The notes beneath the pieces were generated by a model that saw nothing but the letters and a program-made list of their open reading frames with translations, did not search any database and was not told the origin of the DNA. Below, one piece after another: positions 23,904 through 37,424 of a stretch of DNA of 64,000 bases. Source of the DNA: Octopus sinensis (Eukaryota); the NCBI RefSeq assembly GCF_006345805.1, contig NC_043014.1:20274001-20338000 (forward strand), written 5' to 3'. Position numbers and translations under genes: made by a program. Position 1 is the stretch's first letter, and the number at the start of each line of letters is the position of its first letter.

Positions 23904-25011
23904 GTATATATGTGTGTGTGCGTGCGTGTGTGTGTGCGTGTGCGTGTGTGTGTGTGTGCGTGTGTGTGCGTGTGTGTGTGTGTGCGTGTGTGTGATGTAT
24001 ATATATATGTATATATAAATGAGTAACAAATATGTACAGGTGTCATTTCATCTTTGTTATCTACATCTTATTCACCTAACTTGGAATCTGCACTTCGAAA
24101 ATACTATAGAAAGTACCTTTATAAAAATTAGGTGTGTAGATGTCTGAATAACCAAGAGTCGATATCTTCACTTAGCTGGGTTGCGTTGTCTGCACACACG
24201 GCAGGAATATCAGTTATAAACACCCCTGCGCTGAGTCTTGATATTCAATATTGAATTAATATTGTTTGGGTGTGCGGATTATACCGACCTAGCAAGGTGT
24301 CCTAATTTAAGTGTCTAATTCACCGGAATCTTAATTACATATATATATATATATACTTGTATGTAAGTATTGCATATGTGTACAAGCATTCTTTCTACAT
24401 TTTCGAATTCGTAAGGACGGTGCTGGTCCTTGTTGGATGTTTATAGTAGCGTGATGTAATTCAGAGGGGAATCCCTACTATCCCACATGTATAAGTTATA
24501 GGTCCAGATCGGCAAACTTTCTCCCAAGTAGATTGTAACTCAGCTATGCTGTCAAAAATTTGAACCAATTTTCTCTTTAATTGATCATATGCTTCCTTTC
24601 AGAGAATTTACAAGTGAACCCTATTGTACAAAATAACTTTACACTAGTCTTTACAATATATTCATTTGTTTAAAGAAAAAGACGCCAAATGGCTCTAAAC
24701 TACTTTATCTATCACATAGACACGCGCTGAAAGCGAAAGAATGAGCAAAAAAGATTCTTTGAAAAAGTTTATTCATATATCGATCAATTTCAGATTTAGT
24801 GATGTAATACACTCAACTATCTTCAGTATGACATGACCCAAAGTACATAATTATAAATATTTATACATACCGGTGTATTACATTTATAAAATTGTATACT
24901 TTGTATTAATTTTTACTTTAATTGGTTTTTACATGATGGCTGCTTTGATAAAATCCTATATATATTTTATCCTTAGTTTTAAGTTATATATATATATATA
25001 TATATATATAT

Positions 25012-25198
25012 AATGAGAATTTACAAAAAAAAATCAAAAGGCGAAGACGGCTGTGTAAACAACAAACAGATGTATCAGTTTAACGCTCACGAAGTGAGAA
25101 AGTCTTTTATGTTTTGAGCCTACGCTCTTCGACAGAAAGGAACACAAAAATAAACAGGAAGAGAAAATTAAAAAAAAGATTTAGTGGCTAGCTATCTA
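25012..25198 (-). mobile_element. Family A solo terminus (variant) with decayed HHR-like motif
   Basis: Minus strand at 25104-25139: CTGTCGA-A-GAGC(GTAG)GCTC-AAAACATA; flanked by (TA)n. Confidence 0.7.
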
Positions 25199-27364
25199 TA
25201 TATACTGCTAAATCTAATTGGTAGTGTATATTTGAAAATGCATGAATAATCTAATGAAGCACAACGTTTGGTTCTGACTTCCACCTTGTTGAATAAGAGC
25301 CAATTATGTTGAAAGCCTACATCTTTTTGTTAAGAATGCGAATTGTTATAGACTTCGATATCTGAAAGTTATTGTTTCTATGTATCTATGATATTTTCAA
25401 TTTAACATGTCACTTTTATGAAACTTCAAATGTGGTGATTGAAAATATTAAGAAATCATAGTAGGACAATAGAAAAATTAGTGAAATATATTAAATTTAT
25501 TGCAGAATCCGTAATTAATTAATTAAAGACTTCACAATTTTGGTTATGTGTCCATTGCTTTCATACTTATATTTTGTCCATTCACATAGAAAATCTATTC
25601 ATTTATTCCGCCTATTAATAATTCATGCCGTTTAGTTATTCCTTGCAGCTACCATACTCTTTCTTTTTATTTATGACTTCCGTCTGCTTGTTCATTCTTA
25701 TACAAACAATTTTGCTAGGTTTCATTCGAAAGAATGTAAACGTCAGCCATTACATAGAAAATCTGTGAAAATTTTTATAAATTTTAAATTTTATAAATCA
25801 TTGCAAAGTAATAAAATTCAAAATTCACGAGTAAAAACTAATAACAAAATAAGAAATGGATTTGAATAGATGTAACGAAATACTGACTTTCGTATTAAAT
25901 AAATAAAAGTATATATACTACTGTCACATCAGACTCAGTGAATCAACAATAAAACCTTAAAATATTACCTCCCATTTCATGAATGCTCAGAAATATTTCT
26001 CTTCAATTACATCCAATCTATCCAACTATCTTAACATATGAAGTACATAATAGATATGATACGGTGGTGAATTGGCATAACAATTAGGGTGGTGGATAGA
26101 ATACTTCGTTTCTACGTTCTGAGTTCAAATCCCGCCAAAGTCAATTTTTCCTCTTTCCTCTTTCCTGGGATAATAATCAAATCACCAGGTCCAGTACTTT
26201 GTTCTCTCTCTCTCTCTCTCTCTCTCTCTTATCAGGACTTAAGGCTCAGAACAATACACTCAATAACACACTGTCGGTGATGAAGACAAGGTGGCCTCTC
26301 TTTTTTCCTGATGTGTCTAACATCAGAAACCGACCCTATTTGGAAAAGAAAAGCAAAACAACAGAGAAATTTCATTACTGTCACATTGCAGTCCGAGTGA
26401 TAATTCATTTCGTGTCAGAATGTCATACGAGAAATAGAATTTAATCTGTCGCTTAACATCACCTCCTGGCTGTGGATTATTTTCTGCGGAATGGTCTCTG
26501 CTCTAAGCATTTAAACACAATACTGTCTAAAATATAACCCACCCACCAGACCCGTCTCGTGGACCTAGTTAAAAGGGTTAGAGACACTGCTGTTCCTACA
26601 TGAGGGAAACTCTTTAAAACAGAACCTCTTCGGTACTTTGACTAAGCCATGTAAATATCATTCTTCTCTAAATGGTAAAATTTTCTATTAAAAACAATGG
26701 CTCAAGGATTACCGATTTAACAAGAATAATGTACGCATGAAGAATATCCACTGTCTTTCCAGAAGCTAAATTTGTGGTCAAGCATAGCTAAAAATGCTGG
26801 GCCTGAACAAAATAACAAATAACAAGTATTACATTTCTTCATAATGGCATGTGGTCTTCAATTGATGCCATAAGGTTAAGTCAGATGACTTGTTATAGCT
26901 GTTAATTGGTTCCTATTTGTCATTCTATTTCAAATCGTTTTAATTTTATTTATTATCCAAGAAACTCATAATGAAATGCAAAAGCGATAGTTAAAGAGTT
27001 ACAAGATTCAACAATTTGATTTTTCCCCTTTATCAGTGGATTGGCAGAAACGGTGGATTGTCATATAAAATGATGATGGCTTGGCAGAATAAGTAGGGCG
27101 TTGGATAAAATACATCGAGATATTTCACTGTTTGTTTAGGTTCTGAGTTCAAATCTTACTTAGGTTGATGTGGCTCCCCTTCTACAGTTATATCGATAAA
27201 GTACGAATCAATTACTGTATTTCATATATAGTGTTCAATATATACTGTATTCGACTTTACTCTTGAGCGTGATGCTCCAGTTTGGTCATAACATAATGAC
27301 TAAAACTATTAAATGGATAAGTTTATGGTATATAATTAAACGGTATATAATTATATTAGAAAAT

Positions 27365-27728
27365 AGTTGTGTGAAAAGAAGTTTCCTTGGCAACCACATT
27401 GTTCCGGGTTCACTCCTACAACGCAGTACTTTGGACAAGTGTCTTCTTCTAAAGCCTGGGGCCGACCAAAGCTTTGTGAATGGATTTTGTAGGCGGAAAC
27501 TAAAAGAAGTCCATCCTGTTCTTTTATACTTTTATTTGTTTCAGTCCTTTGTCTGCGGCTATGCTGGAGCAGCGCCTTTAGTCAAGCATATCGACCCCCA
27601 GGACTTATGCTTTATAAGCCTAGTACTTATTCTATCGGTTTGTTTTGCCGAATCGCTAGGTTACGGGAACGTAAACACACCAACATCGGTTGTCAAGCGA
27701 TGGTGGGAGGACAAATACAGACACACAA

Positions 27729-27821
<93 letters not shown>

Positions 27822-28250
27822 CATACATCCATACATACATACATACACATATATATCCACATATATACGACGTGTTTCTTTCAGTTTCCGTCTACCAAAT
27901 CCATTCACAAGGCTTTGGTCAGCCCAAGGCTATAGTAGAAGAGACTTGCCCAATGTGCCACGCAGTGGGACTGAACTCGGAATCCATGTGGTTAGGAAAT
28001 GTGTGTCTGTTTGTGTGTGTGTGTGTGTGTGTGTGTCTGTATTTTTGCGTCTGTGTTTGTCCTCCACTAATGCTGGGCAACTGTTATCGGTGTGCTTACG
28101 TCATCGTAACTTAGCATTTCGGCAAAAGAGCCGATGAAACAAGTACCAGACATAAAAAGAAAATAAGTGCTGGATTTGAATAGTTCGACAAATATCCTCA
28201 AGGCGGTGCCCCAGCATGGCTGCAGCCTAACAACTGAAGCAAAATAAAAA
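27365..28250. mobile_element. Nested family a SINEs: plus head (27365-27515), minus copy (about 27525-27996), plus tail (28052-28250)
   Basis: Head motif 'ggacaagtgtcttct...gccgaccaaagc' and tail motif 'ggcggtgccccagcatgg' occur in the stated orientations. Confidence 0.75.
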
Positions 28251-28403
28251 AAATATCACGAGAATGGTGTTCATTCATCCGCAAGCAAAGGACTTGCTTA
28301 ATGCTATAACCATTTATATTCCCCGAGAGAATTCTCCCCACCGTTGCAAAATCTCCAGACCGATGTGCCAATTCTGGTGACCTACGAACTTGTCACCCTA
28401 TAT

Positions 28404-28588
28404 CAGTGCTTTAAAACCAGTACGCCGCCGCACACAGGTGTGCCACAAGATGATGCCAGCGGTGCCGCAATATAAACTGAATATAATTTTTTTCCTTATA
28501 CTTTTAGTTATATTTTTAGTTCAGGGGTGCCGCCGAATTTTGAGAAGAATATACGTGTACTGCAAGTGGAAAAAGGTTGGGAACACTA
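28404..28588. mobile_element. hAT-type MITE with 8-bp target site duplication
   Basis: Decayed TIRs cagtgctttaaaacc / ggttgggaacacta; flanks ccctatat and ccctttat (7 of 8 identical). Confidence 0.7.
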
Positions 28589-29072
28589 CCCTTTATTACC
28601 AATTTAACAAGAATAATGTACGGCACTTATCGTTGGCATTTAAATTGAAGACCAAGTGGATGGTAAAGAGAAAAAATTGGCACTAAATGCAAATATTGAA
28701 GAGAACATTTAAATCACGCAGGCATTTGACGGGGAAAGAGTAAAAAGAAACGTTTTCATTAATCACAAATTTTTATTATAAATTTGTGTTATAGTTCACT
28801 ATGAAACATGACACTGTAAGACAGTTGTGTTTTTAATGGACTGCTTAGTACCTAATTTCAGTGTTTTATTTCTGTTTGTGTACTTCATTTCAAAGCAATT
28901 AGTACTAAGGATTAGATTTTTAACGGCGAATCATTCTTGGTTAATTTCAATTGCGAACATCATTAATGCATAAACATATGTGCGTGCGTGTGTGTGAGAG
29001 AGAGAGGGAGAGACAGAGACAGAGAGAGAGAACAGGAGTATGCGTGTGTGTACTTATTATGTACATATATAT

Positions 29073-29118
<46 letters not shown>

Positions 29119-29340
29119 AATATACACACAGTTGTAATTATATATATATGTATATATGTATATATATTATATATATATATATTATATATATATATATCTT
29201 TTGTTATATATATATTATATATATATATATCTTTTGTTATCTTTTGTTATCTTACCGTTTTATCAATATATATATATACATATAACACACAGTTATACTT
29301 ATATACATATGTATATATGGATATATATATTGTATATATG

Positions 29341-29380
<40 letters not shown>

Positions 29381-30203
29381 TGCATAGATATATACATATA
29401 TGCAACATTCATTCGTTCCTCCTCTACTGCCTCTTTTCAGATTCTCTGTTTTACTTCTCTGCCCATTCCTCATTCTCTTTAATTTCTCTTTCATGCTCTG
29501 TCTCTTTCTCAACTTATTTGTACGTATTTCTCTTTTTTTATTCTCTTTTTCTCTCTTTTAAGATTCCGTTTTCCTCACTGATTTCTAATTGTCATAAATA
29601 AACGCTTAGATATCTCTATATATTTCTCTCTGTTTCTGTCCCTCCATCTTTCTTTCTGTTTCTCTATCCTTCCCTTGTGACAAATTAGAACTCTACATGA
29701 AAATTTGCCAACGTCTCAAGTACAAGAAGAAAACAGTAACAACAGAGTGAGAGGAAGAAAAGAGCTATAACAAAGAAGAAAGATATGGCAGGAGAGAAAC
29801 TGTTTTCTCTTAGCTTGAGGCTAATTATTTCTTTTTTTCTATCTCACCTTTCTCTCTTTTATGGCTTTGCTTTAAACGTTTCTTTCCTTCCTTCTCAAAT
29901 TATTTTCCTCATAAAAAATTGCCGGTGTCTTATGAGGTTTAATATCAAAAAGTATTTTATCTATAAAAATGATAGTCACAAAAGCACTACGTTTGTCCAT
30001 ATTTCCTTGTGATCTGTCATTCAAATTATTTAAATCCTATATTTCTTAAAACCTGTAAATTAGAATTTCTCTTCGAGCTTTTAACCTATCGGTCAGTACC
30101 CATAGCAATAAATTCTTCCTACCACACGAACGTTCGTCTTTTTTACTTCATGAAAGCTTTTTTAATATGCTTACAATTTACTTTTCCATAATTTGTTTCA
30201 AAA

Positions 30204-30590
30204 ATGCTACGGAAAAGATGTTCCTCACCTACGTCTTCTGCTGCCAAACGCATGTATGCTCTGAGGGCAACAAATACATTTGAAAAGCGTGAAAGGAATC
30301 GAGCTAATGCTGCCAGAAATGCAACACCCACAGAACTTGAAACTCAAAGTGAACATGTCACATGCCGTAAGCAAAATGCAACTAGATAAGCTGTCCATAG
30401 ATAACAGGAGGCGCCTGATCTACAACAGGCTTACTGCCAGTAGAATATTGTCAAAGAGGCTGCGAGTGGACACCAGGAAACCTAGCAACGGTACCAGGTC
30501 AAGCAGAAATTTCAAAGTGCAAGTCAAGCCAAGGTTAGATCCCGGTCACGCAGAACTGAGAGCGACTGGTCCTTGCAGATCAACTTGAAA
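30204..30590 (+). pseudogene. Possible Helitron Rep/helicase N-terminal relic
   Basis: MLRKRCSS..AAKRM..LRA..TFEKRERN...ET.SE, with repeating QE/ET units read through stops. Resembles my recollection of invertebrate Helitron N-termini; no Rep or helicase motif is present. Confidence 0.3.
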
Positions 30591-32223
30591 GTAATAAGGT
30601 TGGTGTCATCATGAGTGAAAAACCACAGTGGAAAAGCGATGTCATTATGAAGAACAAAAGCAAGAACTGGAGAAACTATACATGAGACATAGGTGATGAG
30701 AAGATGCACTTCAATACAATTAGTTACATTGTAAAATAATATCAAAATATCTATCAAAAGGTATTTCGTATCCAGTAGTTGTTAAATAATTTATATTTTT
30801 CTTGACTTCATACATGGAGTCATCTCACTTCCAAATTCTAATATTTTAGCAGATTTAAAGTAAACTTTCATTTTACAAAGCCTCACAAGAGTTATATGAA
30901 GGGCTGTTGGCGAATTAAAACGCATTAATTTCGACGTATGAGAAACCAAACATCGGTTGTTATTGATAAAACTGTTATAATAACAACGACGAGAAACAGT
31001 ATTTACAGTTTTCCAGTCATTTCAGAGCTGCTATCAGCAGCAAAGCTCATGTGTAACCATGTAACTCATTCAATATATACTGTGTGTATGTGTGTGTGTG
31101 TGGATTGGTGGGTGGTTGTTTGTGTGTTTGTGTAACTATAAATACATACATGCATATACAAACACACACACACCTACATGCATACATATACAGATATACA
31201 AGCATTTACATACATACATCTTGTTTTATTGTTTCATCAGTTTCAGCTCAAAGTGGCAGCCATGCTGGGGCATCGTCGTTATAACATATATATATATCTA
31301 TATATATATATATACACATATATACATATATATGTACATATATATATATACTTGATACATATATTATATATAAGATATATTATATATATATATATATATA
31401 TAATATATCTATATATATAATATATATATATATATATAGTATTGTATAGGGTCATATAAATATGTGTGTTATATGAGTGTGTAGTCGGTTAGCTTAGTGT
31501 TTCACCGTAAATAGATTCACGGTACCTCTCAGTTCTGCTAATTAATAACTCTAAGCTGCAGAGAATTAGCATTTTATTGAATGTTATCGCTAATTAGTTT
31601 GTATAGCAAAACACTGCTGAATAAAAACTACAAAATATTTAGTTGATTAAACAATGGTATATATAAATTATATATATATATATATATGTATGCATGCATG
31701 TTTGTATATATATGTAAGTATATGTATGTACGTGTATATATATACATATATATATATTTATATGTGTGTGTATGCATGTATGTATGTATGTATACACAGA
31801 AATGTATATTGCAGCTATCATTATCTAGAAGCAGCTGAGATGTACTGACATGTCCGGATGAAAAACAATTGTCTACCGAAGCATATTCACACACACACAC
31901 ACACACATACACAGACGTTATCGTCTCTATCATATCTCCTCACTTTATCACTCTTCTCTTCCTACCGGAGTGATAAGTATAAAAGGTCAATCTGGCTTAG
32001 ATCCTGATGTTGAAAATTATTTATTGACCCTCATAAGCACTTTTCACTTTTTTCTTTGTCTCTGCCTTCTATTTTCTCTCTTTTCTTTTCTCAATACCTC
32101 ATTGTCTTGGATCATGTATTTGTCATTCTTTCTCTCTTCCTAGGACATATATTTTACTTATGGTTCACTTTTTAAACCTTTTTTACGTCTTTTCTACCTC
32201 TGTCAAATGAGCTTCTTCATATA

Positions 32224-32360
32224 AGCGCAGCATGGCCGTGTGGTAAGAAGCGTGCCTCCCTATCACATGATTCTGCGTGGCACCTTCGGAAAGTGTCTTC
32301 TACTATAGCCTCGCAACAATTAAAGCCTTGAGAGTTGACAGACACTGAAAGAAGCTCGTC

Positions 32361-32412
<52 letters not shown>

Positions 32413-32662
32413 ATGTGTGTGTGTGTGTTTATAAATCTATGTGTGTGCGCCTTTATGTTTATCTTTGTCCTCCTTTGCCAACTGGTTTTGGTGTGTTTAC
32501 GTCACTGCAAACTAGTGGTTCGACAAAAAGAGCCCGATAAAATAAGTATCAGGCTTTAAAAAGTTCTGATGTCGATTGGGTTGACTAAAACCCTTCAAGG
32601 CGGTGCCCCTGCATGGCCGTAGTCAAATGACTGAAACAAGCAAACGATAAAAGATGAAAGAT
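32224..32662 (+). mobile_element. Full bipartite family a SINE (tRNA/CORE-like head, internal (TA)n(TG)n, LINE-like tail)
   Basis: A-box 'tggccgtgtggt', 'gtggcaccttcggaaagtgtcttctac', internal microsatellite, tail 'ggcggtgcccctgcatggccgtagtcaaatgactgaaacaag'. Confidence 0.85.
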
Positions 32663-32780
32663 ACACCTACCATTATGTACATTTTAAAATTATCTTCTTC
32701 TAATTCTGGGTGGGGCTTCTCCTCCGCAAACTCCTGAAATCCTTTACTACATACGTTTATGCTTTTTCAATGGGAATGTA

Positions 32781-32847
<67 letters not shown>

Positions 32848-33060
32848 ATATATACATATGTGTGCGTGTGTGTGTGTGTGTGTGTGTATGTGTGTGTGTG
32901 TGTGTATGTGTGTGTGTGAAAATCCTTTCCCAAATAAAACTACACTTCATGTTTGAAGCTCCAATGAAACATTTAGCTATAAGTGCACTACATCTTATAC
33001 CAGAAACAGATTTAGAGTAATGAAGTTCATAACATTACTGTTTGTACCATTGTCATTGTG

Positions 33061-33266
33061 ACCGCGTGTGTACCGTTGGCGATTTTTTCCCTCCGTCTTC
33101 CCTTCTTTGGATCTTCCCTTTTCCTATGTTTCTGACGAAGAGCTCCGCTCGAAACGTTAAACCCTCCTTCTTTCCTTCTTTCCTGAGCGTCCAATAATAC
33201 TATACTTGTTCCACGTGCTCACATTGTTGTGTTTTCTCTTTGTGTTTTCATGTTTGGACTAACCTC
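33061..33266 (+). mobile_element. Family B solo PLE terminus followed by (TA)n
   Basis: Homologous to 18586-18797 and 44598-44752; contains an HHR motif. Confidence 0.75.
33128..33162 (+). ncRNA. Minimal HHR motif with intact core and zero-loop palindromic stem III
   Basis: GTTT-CTGACGA-A-GAGC(TCC)GCTC-GAAA-C-GTT-AAAC; ACGT palindrome, GUU triplet. Confidence 0.7.
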
Positions 33267-33276
33267 ATATATATAT

Positions 33277-33335
<59 letters not shown>

Positions 33336-33679
33336 ACATATATATGTATGTATGTATGTATAAAGATTTCCTTTGGGTTTCAACCTTTATAAAGCCCGTC
33401 CACCACTATCGGCTATCATGTAATCACTCAAAGAAAAATAGTTCCTTCTCGTATGATATATCTGAAAAGCCGTAAGCATACAAATATTTTATTTTAGGGA
33501 AAATGAAGTAAGAAACTTGTCTTACTGGAAAATTCAAAAAATATTTCATCGACATTTTACCAGAGCTTTTTGCTTGAATATTATTATATAAGAAATCTTT
33601 TATTTGATAAATACTATTTCAGCGATAATAGCAGATATTGAATATTCAGGTCTATATATAAATCGAATAGCAGTATGTA

Positions 33680-33928
33680 TATACATATATATATATACGT
33701 ACATACATATACATACATATATATACATACGTACATACATATACATACATATATATATATGTATACATACGTACATATATATATATTATATATATATATA
33801 TAATATATATATATATATAATATATATATATATATGCATATATATATATATAATATATATGCATATATATATAATATATGCATATATATATTATATATAT
33901 ATACATATATATATATACGTACATACAT

Positions 33929-33968
<40 letters not shown>

Positions 33969-34000
33969 TATATATATGCATATATATATATATATGTGTG
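33680..34000. repeat. Long (TA)n/(CATA)n tract
   Basis: Direct reading. Confidence 0.95.
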
Positions 34001-35044
34001 TGTTTTATTGTTCTATTCAGGTAATATCAACAATAAAAGTACTCCATCCAGTGAGGTAAATATAATTTAATGTATGAAAAGTAAGGCTACTAATATTTTC
34101 TTAGTTTTAAAATACGAGGTTAAAATAATATGCCTTATCTCTCCAAGCAAACTTTAGTCTGTGGAGAACAGCTTTTGCTAAACTTTAAGATCAGGATGCT
34201 GTTACATGAGAAACCGAGAGTAAATAAACACAGAAAAACAGATACAAAATGATACAAATTAAGTGATACAAAAGCGAAATGAAGTGGAGGACAGCACTCG
34301 GGTTGTGCAGAATTCTCGCAGACTTTAAACTCCTCTCCGTTGAATTTTCCACCACTAGAATAAATACCACTTCTTTTTCCTTTCCTTTATTTTTCGTTCT
34401 TATTCACTTTTTCTCTTACCATTCAAGTCCTTGCAGCAAGCTTTTCGTATATAAATATCTATATAACTGTTCATCTTGTACTTGTTTCTGTCATTCGACT
34501 GCCCCTACCACTTGCTGGTTTTAGACGAACAAATGTGCCCCACTACTTATTTATTAAAGCCTTCAACTTATTTTATCGGCCCTTCTTGCGGTACATCTAC
34601 GTTATGGATACTCAAACGAACCAATACCAGTCGTGAAACGGCACTGGGGGACAAACACAAAGGTATATTTTACACACACATACCTACCTACCTACCTACA
34701 TACATACATACACACATGCATAGATATATACATACATGCACACATACATAGATACATACATACATACATACATACATACATACATACATACATACTACAT
34801 ACATACATACATACATACATACATACATACATACATACATACATACATACATACATACATGCATGCATACAGTTTCCATCAACCAAGTCCACTTACAAGG
34901 TCTCGGCTCGTGGTCATAGTAGAAGCCAATTGCTCAAGATATGGCTGAGTGAGAAGAAAACATTTTACCACATATCCACGCCTACACTTACATATATGTA
35001 TCTTTGATAAACAGAAGTATCTATAGATAAACTGATGCCTAGAT

Positions 35045-35870
35045 ATGTTTCTTTATTGGCCACACAGGGCTGAACTCAGAGGGGACAAAGTGCAAAGTAG
35101 AGCTTTTCTTTTTGGGAGGGGAAAAAAGGTGGGTAGCATTTCGATGAAAAGGGATCATGGAGAAAGAAAGGGCCGATCGATAGGGATCGTGTATCACAGA
35201 AATGTTATAATGAAAAAAGTAAACAGATTAGGTTTATCCGTGGAAAGAAAAGCCTACGGAAATGACCACAGTAACCTTGGGCAATAATGTCATTAAAAAA
35301 AACACATTACAGTAAGTGACTTTCTTTTTTTCCTTTCTTTTTTAGGTTCAAAGGATTATGCTCAAGCTGGCTCCGTCATTCACATGTGCCCTCCTTGCTA
35401 CATTTACCCATTCACTAGACAAAACTTCTCACTCTACTCTCACCTCCCTCCTCGAGTGATACTTGAAGAAGCTGATGAGAGATTGACCAGAGAGAAAAGT
35501 GTTTGTCTCTAGACCTTTCAGACGCGTCCACCATATACATTCTTTCGCCATAGTCACAAGTACGATGAAAATGGCTCTTCCCGTTTCAAGGAAGAAGGCG
35601 CTACAATATTCACCATAGACTCGGTTGATAAACCGACTCGTCACACATGCGATAGCAATCGTTCGACATTGGCCCACAGGTCGGAAATGGTTGGACACTG
35701 TACGAATGCGTGCAGAACGGTTTCATCATTCTGACCGCATCTCGGGCAGGTCAGCCCGGTGGCTTCTCGAGCCATGCCTGTAGAGCCTATCCCGAACGGG
35801 TAGCGCTTCTCGATAGCACTGCCAGATCAGGGATCTCTGGAAGTTGTCCATAGGTCCCGGCCCGAATAAA
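35045..35870 (-). mobile_element. 3' end of a second Tx1/L1-clade LINE (C-terminal zinc finger, 3' UTR, AATAAA)
   Basis: Minus translation: QRSLIWQCYREALPVRDRLYRHG...CPRCGQNDETVLHAFVQCP...LW...AKECIWWTRLKGL; ends 'ggccaataaagaaa'. Confidence 0.85.
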
Positions 35871-36304
35871 TAAATAGATAGATGTTTAAACGACGACATT
35901 GTGGTGCCCTATTTTTACTAATACGCTTGCGGTGCATACTGATTTGTTGCTTTAGCTCTTTAAATGTGTCATTAATTTATAACGAATTCATTGTTTATAG
36001 GTGATAATTATCTCAACACTAAGATTAACTAATTTATATAATTGATAGGCTTAGTAGATTTTTATTTGCTTCACTGATTTAATATGTCCAAATGAATCTA
36101 CTTTTATTCCACAGCATGTATTAGTTGCATTGAACAATACAATAAATATGTAAATTTTCAGCAATCAAAAATTCGCAATTTTGATTTACTGTTGACGTTC
36201 AAGAACGGTTTCTACAAAACAGCAGAATCTGTCACATTAAATGTATGTATAATATATAAAGAAAATCATTTATAGGCATAAGCTTTCATAGAAATACATA
36301 TTCA

Positions 36305-36342
<38 letters not shown>

Positions 36343-36351
36343 CACACCCAC

Positions 36352-36645
36352 GTGGAGATACACTGACCCAGTGGTTAGGGCAGCGGACTCGTGGTTTCGA
36401 TTCCCAGCGAAAACACCTAAAGATCCACGAGGCTGCGGCAGGAGGTGGTTAGTGAACCCTGTTGTACTCTTTCTCTCACGCTTTCTTCCTGTTTCTGTTG
36501 TACCTGTATTTCAAAGGGCCAGCCTTGCCACTCTCTGAGTCACGATGAATGTCTCCGAGGAATACGTTAAGTGTACACGTGTCTGTGGAGTGCTCAGCCA
36601 CTTGCACGTTAATTTCTGATCAGCTGGAACCTAAGTCGTCGTAAC
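36352..36645 (+). mobile_element. tRNA-derived SINE family c
   Basis: A/B boxes 'ccagtggttagggcagcgg' and 'ggtttcgattccc'; tail 'gtggagtgctcagccacttgcacgttaattt'. Minus fragment of the same tail at about 42533-42650. Confidence 0.75.
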
Positions 36646-36682
36646 AAACAAAGTGCCTTGATACACACACGCACACACGTTA

Positions 36683-36780
<98 letters not shown>
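36683..36780. repeat. (GATA)n microsatellite
   Basis: Direct reading. Confidence 0.98.
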
Positions 36781-37424
36781 TTTCGCATACACATATGTAT
36801 GAACTAAGCGTACATTTGGTTTTGTGTATTCTTCAATTCTAATATGATATGGATAGAGCTCCAGAAACTGCAAAAACATTCTAAAGCAATTTCATACGTT
36901 GTTAGACAAATAAATCTATAGAACAAACGTTATAATTCGTAATGCTACATTTGGTCTCATCTCATTTACATATTTAAAGATATCAAGAAAAACGCAGTTT
37001 GACTACAATACACCACTGTAACAAAAGGTCAAGTAAGTGCTTTTTATTTTCTAGAGAAAGCTATTGTTCATGTATTCGCCTATTCTTTATAATAACTATA
37101 TTCTCTCGTTACTTTTCCTCTCATTTTTGTTCTTTTCTAATTTTTGTATATATTTCGTTATTTACTTTTTCCGTTATATTCTTTTGTGAATATCTTTTCG
37201 ATTTGGCAAGTGCATTACATTAATTCTGAAGATAGTTCTTATAAAATATAACTAAACATTTTATTTTCTATTGTGTATGTGTATGTGTATGTGTGTTTAA
37301 ATATGTGTATGATTGCACTTAAACATGAACGCACATATATGTACACGCACACGCATGCACACATACGCATTACATACACACGCACGCACATATACAGACA
37401 CACATCATATGATATATATATATA

